From: Eledone cirrhosa
Taxonomy: Eukaryota
Length of the DNA stretch: 64,000 nt
NCBI GenBank assembly: GCA_964016885.1
Contig: OZ024750.1
Coordinates: forward strand, 17,112,001 to 17,176,000
Direction: 5' to 3'
The notes beneath the pieces were generated by a model, which did no database searches, was not told where the DNA came from, and worked only from the letters and a program-made list of their open reading frames with translations. Shown piece by piece: positions 1 through 12,435 of the stretch; position 1 is the first letter of the stretch, and the number at the start of each line of letters is the position of its first letter. Position numbers and translations under genes: made by a program.

Positions 1-81
1 TGTATATGTATATATATATATAGATATAGATATATAGATATACTTATATTTGTATATATATATATATATATATTTATATAA

Positions 82-112
<31 letters not shown>

Positions 113-966
113 TGTATATATACTTATATTTGTATAAATATATATATTTATATAAATATATATATATGTATTTTCATAAATATATATATTTATATACATA
201 TATATTTATATTTATATATATTTATATTAATACATATATGTATATTCATAAATATATATATTTATATACATATATATTTATATTTATATATATTTATATT
301 TGTATACATATATATTTATATTAATATATATATGTATATTCATAAATATATATATTTATATACATATATTTATATTTATATATATTTGTATACATACATA
401 CATATATATATATTTATATTCATATACATATATATTTATATACATATATATATATATATAACATATATATAACATATATATGTATATAACATATATATAT
501 ATAATATTTGTATTTATGTAGGTGTACATATATATATATATTTATATACACACATGTATGTGTGAGTATTTTTGTATATGCATGTACGTATATGATATTT
601 TTTTCATTTGAAATGTTATGTAATTTATAGTGATTAATGCTATTATTACTGCATGTATTATCTCATATATCATCTGATATCTATATCTACCATGTATAAT
701 ATTTCATATCTTCTTTTTCTTCTTGTCACTATATTTATTCTTCCCCTCCCCTTCTTCTCCTCCTCTTTATTATTATTACTATCATTATTACTTCAGTAAG
801 ATGTAATGATATCGCCATATATTAAATTACTTTAGACATTGGTGTAATAATACAATTATATTACATTACATGGCATAATTATTGGCTCGTTTATTCATTT
901 ATTCCCGTCCTTCCTTACACACACACACACACACACACATAAATATATATATATATAACTTGACTT

Positions 967-1041
<75 letters not shown>

Positions 1042-1087
1042 GAAGTCAAGTTACGGTTATAATGAATGACAAACAATAAAAACACAT

Positions 1088-1119
<32 letters not shown>

Positions 1120-1126
1120 GTACGTA

Positions 1127-1173
<47 letters not shown>

Positions 1174-1230
1174 GTATGTACATATATATATATATATATA
1201 TATATACGTATGTACATATAGATATATATA

Positions 1231-1326
<96 letters not shown>

Positions 1327-1428
1327 TATAAAGATATATATATATATATATCTTTATATATATGTATATATACATATATATATATGTGTATATATACATA
1401 TATATACATATATATATATATATATACG

Positions 1429-1494
<66 letters not shown>

Positions 1495-1606
1495 ACATAC
1501 GTTATTCTTTTGTGCTATTCACTATTACCGTAACTTCACTTGCACAATTTGTTATAACAGCAGTTGAGTATACTACTTGTAGTTTTATTGTATCCCTTAT
1601 TGAATA

Positions 1607-1656
<50 letters not shown>

Positions 1657-1692
1657 TATATACATATATATATATATACATATATATATATA
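1..1692. repeat. (TA)n-rich microsatellite blocks with ca/tt interruptions (first of many such tracts across the window)
   Basis: Directly visible dinucleotide repeats at 1-560, 970-1035, 1105-1490 and 1604-1692; source of the YI-repeat ORFs. Confidence 0.95.
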
Positions 1693-3288
1693 ACAGCAAC
1701 AACAAAGACTATTGTGGCGACAATTTCAATAACAATATGCAGTAGAGTTATTTATTTGTGTTGGAGTCCTTTTATATTCCTTTCTTTCACATACCCTACC
1801 AATAAATAACATTTATTTCTATAAATCCATGTCTCCATATAACTGGCGCCATTAATATCACAGCTAAAAGTCGAGAGACCTGCTAGAAATGGCTGCTAAA
1901 TTTCCCATGATAGAACTGTTTTATGTAAAGGAGTTTATTCTTGGATAATAATAATACAGACTTGGATATCTTTTTAAAAATATAGATGTGCTGGATGGTG
2001 ACAAAGGAATGCCTTTAATCGTAAGTTATTCAATGGCAGCAACAATAGGATTCAGCAACAATACAAGTCCTGATTGAAGCATTCCATCTCTGATCATCTT
2101 GTATATATTTTCTAGGCATAAGGTATCGAGGACTACATTATCCAATGTTTTTATAAAGAATGGGTGCCGTGGTAGTTGAGTTCCATCACAAGTTATCTCG
2201 TATATCATTCAAGACATAATGTATATAGGTATATAGGACTACATTATTGAATGTGTCCTTCCTTTCCTGTTTAAAAATTGGGAGATATGGTCAAGGCTTT
2301 CCATCTTTGACCATACCACATATTTTTCTAATCAATATATCCAGGACTACATCATCTAAAATGTTATGTTGTTTTTAAGTAAGATTGGTGTTATATTAGG
2401 ACAGATTTAGTTGTTGTTTCTAGCATGATCTGGTGGCTACATACAGAGTCTCGATCTACCCCTCACGTTGTCCTGTTATTCTACTGAAGGCAGTTGACGT
2501 ACTGTAACCTTAGGCAGAAATTACACATATATATATATATATATATCATAAAATATATATATTTATACACAAATGCACACACATAGACACAAACACACAT
2601 ACACAGGCACACATATGTATATATATATATATATATATACATATGTGTGTCTGTGTATGTGTGTTTGTGTCTATGTGTGTGCATTTGTGTATAAATATAT
2701 ATAGAGAGTGAGTGAGTGAGTGAGTGAGTGAGTGAGTGAGTGAGTGAGTGAGTGAGTGAGTGAGAGAGATCCCTTCACGTTATTCCGCTGTAGGCAATTG
2801 ACATACTTTAGCCCTAGGCAAAAACCACATAGGCAAGGTGTCAAGTGACTCAAAAAGTGTATCTAATTCGTATTTAATTGGATTCAATTAAATTATATAC
2901 ATACAGAGACGTCTATCGACACAATTACCTCCCCCTTTGCCGCCAAATTAATAACAATAACAAAAGAATTGCCTACATTATTCCATGAAAATATTAACAA
3001 TAATCTTACATCTACCCCTTCCCCGCCCTCTTTCCCACTGAAACGACAATAATAACCACCCAATCACCACCTCCTTCCCATTACAATAACAACAATCATC
3101 ACAATTATCTACCCCTTCCCACCAAAATAACAAGTGTAACAACACAATTACTTCCCCCTTCTCAATAAAATAGCAACAACAACAACAACAGAAACTATAA
3201 AGAATATTTAACAAATTACCACCACTACTACTACTAATAATAATAATAATAAAAATAATAATAATAATAATACCACTACTACTACCGC

Positions 3289-3289
<1 letters not shown>

Positions 3290-3319
<30 letters not shown>

Positions 3320-3440
3320 AAGAAGAAGAAGAAGAAGAAGAAGAAGAAGAAGAACGAAAAGGAGAAGAAGAAGAAGAAGAAGAAGAAGAAGAAGAAGAAG
3401 AACGAGAAGAAGAAGAAGAAGAAGAAGAAGAAGAAGAAAG

Positions 3441-3473
<33 letters not shown>
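3290..3473 (+). repeat. (GAA)n followed by (CAA)n trinucleotide microsatellite
   Basis: Directly visible. Confidence 0.95.
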
Positions 3474-3474
<1 letters not shown>

Positions 3475-3497
3475 TGGGGACAATATAAAGATAGAGA

Positions 3498-3653
3498 ATG
3501 GTGTGTTGTGTGTTGTTGTTCATAGAAGACGTTACAATGGTTGCCAGTGATTTGGACGCCATATTTGGTCATCACTATTGTAACAAACTGATATTTATTA
3601 TAGTTCTTATAATATTGTTCCTGGAAGGCATCTTATGGCGTTTCATTACTTAG
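3498..3653 (+). CDS. Candidate small ORF or terminal exon encoding a single C-terminal transmembrane segment (MVCCVLLFIEDVTMVASDLDAIFGHHYCNKLIFIIVLIILFLEGILWRFIT*)
   Basis: Manual translation, 51 aa; non-repetitive island; possible acceptor ...gttcatAG at 3524-3525; no family recognised. Confidence 0.2.
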   Translation: MVCCVLLFIEDVTMVASDLDAIFGHHYCNKLIFIIVLIILFLEGILWRFIT

Positions 3654-3734
3654 AAATTTAGGATATTATCAGAATACTTCTGATAAAAAAGCCATTTGTA
3701 TTCATGGGTGTTGAGTGTGTTTCTGTCTAGGCAC

Positions 3735-4330
3735 GTGTGTATGTGTATGTGTGTGTGTGTATGTGTGTATGTAAGTGTGTATGTGAGTGTGCGTATGTGA
3801 GTGTGTGTGTGTGTGTGTGTATGTCTGTGTGTGTGTTTGTGTGTGCATGTGTCTGTATGTGTCTCTGTCTGTGTATGTATGTATGTGTGTGTGTGCGTAT
3901 ATCGGTATGTGTATGTGTGTGTATGTACGTGTATGTGTGTGTGTTTCTATTGTTCTGTATGTGTGTGCATGTGTCAGTATGTGTGTCAGTATGTGTGTAT
4001 GTGTGCATGTCTGTCTGTCTGCGTATGCATGTGTGTGCGTGTATCGGTATGTGTATGTGTGCGTATGTGCGTGTATGTGTGTGTGTCTGTATGTGTGTGT
4101 GTGTGTGTCTGCATGTGTGTGAATGTGTCTGTATCTGTTTGTATGTGTCTGTCTGTCTATGTATGTATGTGAGAGCATGTGTGCGTGTGCAAGTGTGTGT
4201 GTCTCTGTGTGTATGTGCGTGTGCATGCCTGTATGTGTGAGTATGTATGTATTTGTGTCTGTCTACGTGTACGTATGTATCTGCGTATGTGTCTGTAAGT
4301 GCATGTGCTTGTCTGTCTGGTATTGTGTAT
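3735..4330. repeat. Degenerate (TG)n/(TATG)n compound microsatellite
   Basis: Directly visible. Confidence 0.9.
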
Positions 4331-4561
4331 CTGGGATTAAATAGTCTCCAATGTGTCCTCATTTTATGACACAATCTGGTAATTGAAAAGTAATTTCGTT
4401 GCTATTTCTAACACGGTATGGCGACCACATAGAGGGACTCCAATTGTCTCGTCATTTTGCTTGTTGTTAACTCACACACACAAACATATGTATATATGTG
4501 TGTGTATAAACAGACATATTACACACACACACTCACACACATACGTATATATATATATATG

Positions 4562-4692
4562 ATGATGATGATTTCTCCCGAATGAAACAGTTCTAGTCCT
4601 GTAGAAGACATTTCTATATTAAATATTTATACTCTGCTATGTATTGAGTACCTTACTTACTGTGGTTACCCCCGATTGAACCCTGGATAAAC
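4562..4692 (+). mobile_element. Family B hammerhead cassette, 5'-truncated inside the ribozyme core, within (TA)n
   Basis: Near-identical to 8436-8562 and 50084-50210 (tgatga tttc..gaat gaaacag ttctagtcctgtagaa ... gtattgagtaccttacttactgtggttacc). Confidence 0.8.
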
Positions 4693-4953
4693 ATATATAT
4701 ATATATATATATATATACTTACGCATACGCACATACATACATACATACTTTCTTATTTACTTACTTACATACATATATGCATACATACACACATATACAT
4801 TCATTGACACTAACGCCGGTAAACTTTAATCACAGGGAAAAAAAAGACGAAAGAATGAGTAAAAGAAAGAAAGAGAAAGAAAGAAAGTGTTACCAATTCA
4901 TCATTTAGTATTAACGTAGAGTAAAGTGTTGTTTTGTATGTTATTTAGTTATA

Positions 4954-5689
4954 CTAGCAGAAAAACCACCATTCGGGTGGTTTTCTGCTAGCATGTGTAG
5001 TGTGTATATTGATAATATACGCAGGTATATATACATGTAGATATGATACATTAAATGAAATCGTAATTGACAATATATAATACATAGAAATTGAACGAAG
5101 ACTGCGTTACACTGTCTTATTTAATCAGTAAGGTAATCCATAATTCATTAAAAAAGACGATATTATATATAAACTACATTAGGAGAAAATTAGTGACGGA
5201 AAATTAGTATGTTTATTTAAGCGATCGACAACCGGAAGTGTTGACATTTCAGAAATTTTAAAGAAGTGAATCTTTAAATAAACAAAATATATTTAATGAA
5301 CAGCCACGAAATTTAGTAGATAAATTATGTAATATTCATTCATTATTTATTCAGTGGATGTACTGGGTAATTGCTGGTCTTGTGCCAAAAGTAGAAATAA
5401 TTATTTATTCAGTGGATGGCAGTATCGGTAGAGGGTCTGACGCCATGCTTTGCAGCAAAGAGTTACGGCCCTTGCCATTCTGAGTTCAAATCCCGCCGAG
5501 GTTAACTTTTCCTTTCATCCTTACGGGGCTGATAAAATAAAGTACCAGTAATACACTGGGATAATTGCTGGCTTTGTGCCAAAAGTAGAAACAATTATTT
5601 ATTCAAAGTAATCCAACTTATTTTACTAATGGGATAAAAAAAAATAAACCGTACGCAATCCCGCAGACCTTCCTTTATTATAGTTTAGA
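4954..5689 (-). mobile_element. Non-autonomous Helitron
   Basis: Minus strand reads A|TCTAAACTATAATAAAG at 5689 and ends in a hairpin (4954-4991) plus CTAG|T; A/T insertion site and no TSD match Helitron hallmarks. Confidence 0.6.
5412..5596 (+). mobile_element. tRNA-derived SINE family 1, full length, nested in the Helitron
   Basis: A-box-like TGGCAGTATCGG, B-box GAGTTCAAATCC, central CCTTTCATCCTTACGGGG..GATAAAATAAAGTACCAG; TSD ttatttattca at 5401-5411 and 5595-5605. Confidence 0.9.
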
Positions 5690-6021
5690 TTTTATATATT
5701 TATTTCTTAACTATTTATCTATTTATCAGTTTTGGCCTAATTTTACCTTATCTAGACATGTTGTAGACATTCACACATAGACACATACCCCCCCTCTCTC
5801 TGTCTTTCTCTCTCTTTCACACATGCGCACACTCACACACATACATACATACACACACACACAGTCTCTCTTACTCATATACACATACATTCACACTCTC
5901 ACACACAGACACATTCTCACTCACAGGGTCACAGACACAGCGAAGGGATCTCATCTAAATTATGTCCTTGCACTTTTATTTATTAACGCTGTACAACATA
6001 CTAGGGGTGAGTGGGAATAAA

Positions 6022-6290
6022 GGCACGTGGCTAAGTGGTTAGGGTGTCAGATTCCTGATCATGTGGTCGTTGATTCGATACCTGAATGTTATGATCTTGA
6101 GTAAGATATTTCGCATTACGTTTCTTCGCGTAAGAAGACTGAGACCCATTTCGTCAAAACACCCGAGAAACGTCATATGAGATGCGGCCTCGTATGCGGC
6201 CAACTAAAGCTATATTTGTATGTGGGACATGCAAGTACCTTGTTTCAGGGGGGTACCAGAGGACAAGATCCCCACCCACTTTTTCAAACG
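6022..6290 (+). mobile_element. Degenerate tRNA-headed SINE of a second family
   Basis: GTGGCTAAGTGGTTAGG A-box and GATTCGATACC B-box-like motif, then cttgagtaaga; head resembles the minus-strand element at 10730-11042. Confidence 0.55.
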
Positions 6291-6320
6291 TCTATATTTT
6301 ATTTTTTGTTTATTTGATAT

Positions 6321-6503
6321 AATTGTTTCTACTTTAGGCACAAGGCCAGCGATTACCCAGTACATTACTGGTACTTTATTTTATCGACCCCGTAAGGATG
6401 AAAGGCAAAGTTAACCTCGGCGGGATTTGAACTCAGACTGTAAAGGGACGTAACTATGCTAGAAAGCATGGCGTCCAACCCTCTACCGATTCTGCCAATT
6501 CAC
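6321..6503 (-). mobile_element. SINE family 1, full length
   Basis: Reverse complement of 5412-5596 with few substitutions. Confidence 0.9.
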
Positions 6504-7433
6504 TGAATTATTTTTAAGTTTATTTTTTTTATATCTGAACTTCATTTGAATATATAACATTTAATTAGCGTAAAATTTTACTTATGTGATAGGGTCCGGG
6601 AATGGCACCATAAGCAATTTATGCTCCTTTAAGGATCAACAAATGTTGGTTTCTCACCCTCACATTTTAAAGCCAAACAAGGCCCCTGGGTACATGGGTG
6701 TGGGCTGGAACTAGAACAACAGCATACATAAATGTGCGTAAGACTGAGGGCCCCTATCATTAAAACATCGAAGAAGCCTAATATGAGATACCTACTATGA
6801 GGGGACCAGCTAAACATACATAGGTGAGTGTTATAAGAAAGCATTAAAATACCCGAGAAACCACCTATGAGATATAGCCTTTAAAGAGGCTATCTAACTT
6901 ATACAGGTGTGAGTTGTAACAACATACATATGCGTGTGTCTGAAAGGTCAAGCTACCTTGTCATTAAAACACACAAGAAGTCACCTATGAGATACAACTA
7001 CATGATAGGGTCACTATCATTAAAACCCAAGAGAAATCTCATATGAGACTTTGTAGGACGGTCAGCTAAACCTACATAGGAGTGTGTTGCTGTATTTTTT
7101 GTCAGCATACTAGTAGTAAATCCATTCAGTATGACACTACCCTTGCTTTGCCGTCAATACATCACCAATACCATTGTCACTATCACTCGCATCAATATCC
7201 TCATTACCACTATGACAACCTCCACAACCACCAACACCAATATCAACACACCAACACCACCCTCACCAGCACCACCACCATTAGCACTAGTTAACCTGTT
7301 ACAAAAGTAGGCCAAAAGATTTAGTTGAAACAATTTAAACGAGATGAAAACTAAATATATTACAATAGGGGAAGGAGACGTCTACAGAGTAGTTCTTGAA
7401 GTGCTAGAAGTAGTAGCCAAACTTCATCACCAG

Positions 7434-7492
<59 letters not shown>

Positions 7493-7725
7493 TTACTACT
7501 ACTACTACTACCAATAGTGACTACGGTTACTAGAAATACAGGCAGAATCTCACCTCAAATCAATACGGAGCTCATTTCTACAGCAAACACGACCACCACT
7601 ACCATTAGTGGCCGGGTATAGCTAGAAATAGCAGCAAAATCCCTCTACAAAACAATACGAGGATTGACTGAGATTACTAGAAATATTAGCCAAATGTCAT
7701 CTCAAACCTCTCAGGTCTGTGTTAC

Positions 7726-7808
7726 AAAACCATTCAACAAAACCATTCAACGAAACCATTCAACAAAACCATTCAACAAAACCATTCAACAAAACCATTC
7801 AACAAAAA
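7726..7808. repeat. 14-bp minisatellite (aaaaccattcaaca) x ~6
   Basis: Directly visible. Confidence 0.9.
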
Positions 7809-8022
7809 ACATTAGACAACATTAGACAATATAACCCTGCTAAGTTATTCTAATTATATACAAGTAAAATGAACGTGGTGGTCAATTGTGATTTTACATG
7901 ATCAAAGTTGATCTGGGGGTTAAACAGCACCAAATATTTTTTGGTGTATTGATTTTACGTTCACAATTATGAATATCGATTTTGTATGTTTTCACCATCA
8001 TCAAGATCAATAGAATAGGTGA

Positions 8023-8061
<39 letters not shown>

Positions 8062-8064
8062 CTA

Positions 8065-8117
<53 letters not shown>

Positions 8118-8122
<5 letters not shown>

Positions 8123-8286
8123 AGAAGAGTCAGGAGCCCGACGGCTGAGCTCCGGCCGTTTCGACAGCTAGATCCGACCTAAGCCAACGGTATCCTTACT
8201 CTTCTCCTATTACCCACTCTACTACCCTTAGTAACGAGTACTCTGGTGCGTTATGGGCCACATGGTTTCTTGACACATTTTCTTTG

Positions 8287-8289
<3 letters not shown>
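8118..8289 (+). mobile_element. Family A cassette (inverted arm plus tail) within (TA)n
   Basis: Tail tacccactctactaccct...ggtgcgttatgg shared with 19842, 29174, 43247, 52543 and 55258. Confidence 0.8.
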
Positions 8290-8337
<48 letters not shown>

Positions 8338-8339
<2 letters not shown>

Positions 8340-8562
8340 TGAGATTCTACAGGACTAGAACTGTTTCATTCATTAGAAATCATCAGGAATCTCCTGATGA
8401 TTCCTAATGATTTCTAATGATTCCTAAGAGATTCCTGATGATTTCTAATGAATGAAACAGTTCTAGTCCTGTAGAATCTCATCTATATTAAAACTTTTAT
8501 ACTCTGCTATGTATTGAGTACCTTACTTACTGTGGTTACCTCCGATTCAACCCGGAATAACG
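8338..8562 (+). mobile_element. Family B cassette, palindromic, with a complete hammerhead on each strand
   Basis: Arm 8341-8393 is the exact reverse complement of 8428-8480; flanked by (TA)n on both sides. Confidence 0.85.
8428..8480 (+). ncRNA. Type I hammerhead ribozyme motif
   Basis: Stem I GAGATTC/GAATCTC; core CTGATGA (8435-8441); stem II TTC-TAAT-GAA; GAAA (8454-8457); stem III ACAG/CTGT; cleavage triplet GTA (8471-8473). Confidence 0.8.
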
Positions 8563-8587
8563 TATATATATATATATATATATATAT

Positions 8588-8956
8588 AAACATGAGAAGA
8601 AAGAATACTGCGTGGTTGCACATGGGTTACATATGATAAAAATAGTCCTTCATCAGAGATTTTTCAACCTTCATTGGTATTTCATCGCTTTAAGAATCAT
8701 ACACCTCCAGTTGGTGCGAGCAATAGCTAAAGAAAGCTATTGGGACAAGTAAATAGCGTAAAGCGAGCGAGACAGTAAACAAACATAGAAGGATAGCAAC
8801 GCAAAGATAGGAAAAAACAAGCACATGGGAGTCCGATCAGCTTTAGCTGTGTGGATTTCATGGGCGAGAGGCTACAGACCGTCCGACGCGAGTGAGGTGT
8901 GAGCAGGAAAGGACCCCACTACAGGCCAAACGGGAAGAAGTGAGAAGGGGAGAAGC
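8588..8956 (-). mobile_element. Family E TA-embedded cassette with CTGATGA half core
   Basis: 8640-8800 aligns by eye with 20066-20230; minus strand reads ctCTGATGAaggac; no downstream GAAAC seen. Confidence 0.55.
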
Positions 8957-8989
<33 letters not shown>

Positions 8990-9252
8990 TATACACATAT
9001 ATATTATTAAAAATACATATATATTTTTACAGTGATAACCAAAGCGTGCACTCTTTGGTTATTCCTATAACTCTAGTGGCTCTGTAGTATACTAGTTATC
9101 CTACATGGAGCTAAAACCACTCTGTCATACCAAGGGCAATATATCTACATATCTGGGTATATTGATATATTTTCCAACGAAATATATATTATTACATATA
9201 TATATATATATCATATATATATATATATCATATATATATAATATATATATAT

Positions 9253-9325
<73 letters not shown>

Positions 9326-9660
9326 TATATATATATGATATCTATATATGATATATATATATGAGTATATTTATATATATATATGAGTATATATATCTAT
9401 ATCTATCTATATATATATCTATCTATCTATCTATATATATATATATGAGTATATATATATATAAAATATATATATACTCATATATATATATATATACTCA
9501 TATATATATCATATATATATATATCATATATATATATATCATATATATATATATATATATATATATCATATATATATATCATATATATATATATATCATA
9601 TATATATATATATATCATATATATATATCATATATCATATATATATATCATATATCATAT

Positions 9661-9716
<56 letters not shown>

Positions 9717-9961
9717 TATAGAGAATGAGAAAATGCGAAGTAGTTTCAGGTGTTAAAGTCCATTATTAGTAATACTGTGATACATATTAATACGCCGACT
9801 GTGGACACACGATTCTGTGTACCCAGTGCCGTGACATCATCAGACAGCTTCTTATATAATAAGGTTACGTTTCCAAGGCAATCCAAACAGAAACGACAGG
9901 GGAACGGACAAGGCGTGTGTTCTTGAACCGCCTGCCCGTTCCCCTGTATTATATATAAATA

Positions 9962-10600
9962 TTAGCCGAATTAACCACGCCTTGCTGCGTTTCACACATT
10001 TTTTTTGGGGGGGGGGGGGATTGATTTTAAATCAGTGGCTATAATTTATGGAGAAAAACTCAATACTAGTCAATGTAAAATGTAATGCATGAACAATTGG
10101 AAAACATTAATTTTTGGATTGGCAGTATCAGTAGAGGGTCGGACGCCATGATTTGCAGCAAAGAGTTACGGCTCTTTATGGTTTGAGTTCAAATCCCGCC
10201 GAGGTTAACTTTGCCTTTCATCCTTACGGGGTCGATAAAATAAAGTACCAGTAATACACTGGGATAATTGCTGGCCTTGTGCCAAAAGTAGAAACAATTA
10301 TTTTTTGTAATATATCAAATCAAAATTACATTATTAAATCTTATTCTTATTTTGTTTCTTGTAAATAATTTTTTTCAAAATATCAATTCAAAACTTTTGT
10401 GAAAAGGCATCAATCTTGTTATTTACCTATGGTTTAAATTTCATATAAATCGAAGAGAAGAAATTTTCATTAAAATACTCTGGGCAATGTAGTTTCAGAA
10501 TATATATGGTTATGGGGGGGGGGGGGTATATCTCCAAAACCATAGGAGGAGTTCGTGAACAGACAAACAAACAGACAGGAATTACAACTTTATATATATA
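9962..10600 (-). mobile_element. Possible second non-autonomous Helitron-like element
   Basis: Minus strand starts with tatataaagttgtaatt followed by (CTGT/TTGT)n and ends in CTAA|T with a weak hairpin; contains a SINE. Confidence 0.3.
10115..10302 (+). mobile_element. SINE family 1, full length
   Basis: Matches 5412-5596. Confidence 0.9.
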
Positions 10601-10729
10601 TATATAATATACATAATTACGATTAGATGAGAACAAGGATACTACACACATATATGTGTGTGTTATATTTTTATTAGATATAGTATGTATGTATACATAT
10701 ATGTGATATATATATATATTTTTCTTTTA

Positions 10730-11042
10730 AGGGTCCATCGTTCACGAATGATATGGTTTTGCACCTAGAAAGTTTCCCTCCAAGGCCTAAGCAAAGTCTG
10801 TTTGTGGAAGACCAGCAGTCGTTCATATATACCAGTCTTCCCTCTCAACGCCACCAATGTTGTCCAAGGGATACAGCCTGCCTCCAGTGACATCGCAACT
10901 CATTTCTACAGCTGAGTCAACTGGAACAACGTGAAATAAACTGTCTTGCTCAGGGACAAAACGCATCACCCAATCCGAGAATCAAAGTCACCACTTCTCA
11001 ATTGCAAGCCCAACCCTCTAAGTACTAAGCTATGCGTCTTCA
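10730..11042 (-). mobile_element. Older tRNA-derived SINE (second family)
   Basis: Minus-strand head gtgaagacgcatagcttagtacttagagg...; body ctgagcaagacagtttatttcacgttgttccagttgactcagctg, similar to 63355-63590. Confidence 0.6.
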
Positions 11043-11082
11043 CATATATATACGTGTACACACACACACACATATATGTATG

Positions 11083-11136
<54 letters not shown>

Positions 11137-11145
11137 TAAATGAAG

Positions 11146-11188
11146 ATCGAGCTGATGATCCAAATAAGGTGAAACTATTGTTCTCGGT
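11146..11188 (+). ncRNA. Minimal type I hammerhead ribozyme motif in family F cassette (11140-11283)
   Basis: Stem I ATCGAG/CTCGGT; CTGATGA 11152-11158; stem II CC-AAATAA-GG; GAAAC-TATT-GTT with cleavage triplet GTT at 11180-11182. Confidence 0.7.
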
Positions 11189-11289
11189 ATGGTGAACTAA
11201 CTATTGTGGAACTACTTCTACCAAACTCGTCACATGGACTGAGTGCTCTACTACTACGGATATAACCCTCCAGTGTTCTACTATTATAA

Positions 11290-11332
<43 letters not shown>

Positions 11333-11789
11333 CATACATACAGAGATAGGGGGGAGGTAAAGAAAGTTTTCCTCTGTGGAACTGAACAGAGAGCGTATAG
11401 AACGAACCAGAACAAATAGTATAAGATATTCTATCGGACACTCTTACGACTCTTCCAATTAGTCACTTCATTCAAGTATCTGAAGACATCGGATGATTGC
11501 TCGGTCTTTGATTTGCTAGATGCCACTGATCTGCGGTTAATCAATAGTAATAATTACAAACAATTCACCCTTTCATTACCATACTTCTAATAAATGCATG
11601 CATGGTCCCCTAATTCCCGAGGGAATTGTAGGAACGCTGTATTGATATACAGCGTTTCTAGGACATTTTAAAACCTGGCTGAGATCACCTCCTCTCCAGG
11701 TCTGATTACAGCAGATTTTCTCCAGAGAAGGTTAGAGAGTGGGGAATGGAAGTAAGAGAGAGATATAGAGGAAGAATTGACTCCCTAAC

Positions 11790-11930
11790 TTGATTGGTAC
11801 TTTTTTATCGACCTCGAGTGGGTGAGAGGCAAAGTTGACTTCGGCGGGATTTGAACTCGGAGAGCAGAGAGCCGGAACGAATACCGGAAAAGTATTCTAT
11901 CTAATATTCTAACGACTCTGCCAATTCACT
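11790..11930 (-). mobile_element. Diverged SINE related to family 1
   Basis: ggtacttttttatcgacc...ggcaaagttgacttcggcgggatttgaactc...ctgccaattcac. Confidence 0.75.
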
Positions 11931-12354
11931 TCCCTTTTTAATATATTAAAACGCTTTAAAACACTTTCAAAAAGTTTTGTATCGTCAAACATACGGCGTT
12001 TTTCTGTTGTTAGTGTCAAAAGGGTTAAACAACAATTGCATCATACCACTGACGTGTACTTGGCTATCATACCATCCTTGAGTTCAAATGTTACCACAAC
12101 TGTGTCATTTCGGGAGGGGTGGACTTACAAGACGAGAGGGAAATTTGTTATAGGTAAACCACACCGAGATTAAATATTCATGATTTGACCCTATGACACA
12201 ACGAGTGATGATACGTTTGTGAGCTAACAGCTAATTTGCATATCAATGTCAATATGTGTGTGTGTGTGTGTGTGTGTGAATGTAGAGGATAGGTAATTGT
12301 GTATAAATATGTATAGGTGTTTGTGTATAGGTATGTGTGAATGTAAAATCTTAC

Positions 12355-12435
12355 CTCGAACCTTTCGTGAAAAGAGACAATACTAAATCATGAAGGGAAG
12401 GACAATGCTCCTGAACCTTTACAGGTCCTCCGTAA
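12355..12435 (-). other. Candidate 81-nt internal exon (one open frame: YGGPVKVQEHCPSLHDLVLSLFTKGS)
   Basis: Pyrimidine tract ccttcttaccctctccctaccaacAG acceptor and GAG|GTAAGA donor; length is a multiple of 3; no homology recognised. Confidence 0.25.

Noticed and set aside
2978-3575. Poly-Leu, poly-Phe and poly-Ser ORFs on the minus strand
   Set aside because: Three-frame translation of the (GAA)n/(CAA)n microsatellite
6770-7085. Loose repeats of cctatgagata and ctatcattaaaac
   Set aside because: Old degenerate tandem repeat; no regular period or interpretable structure
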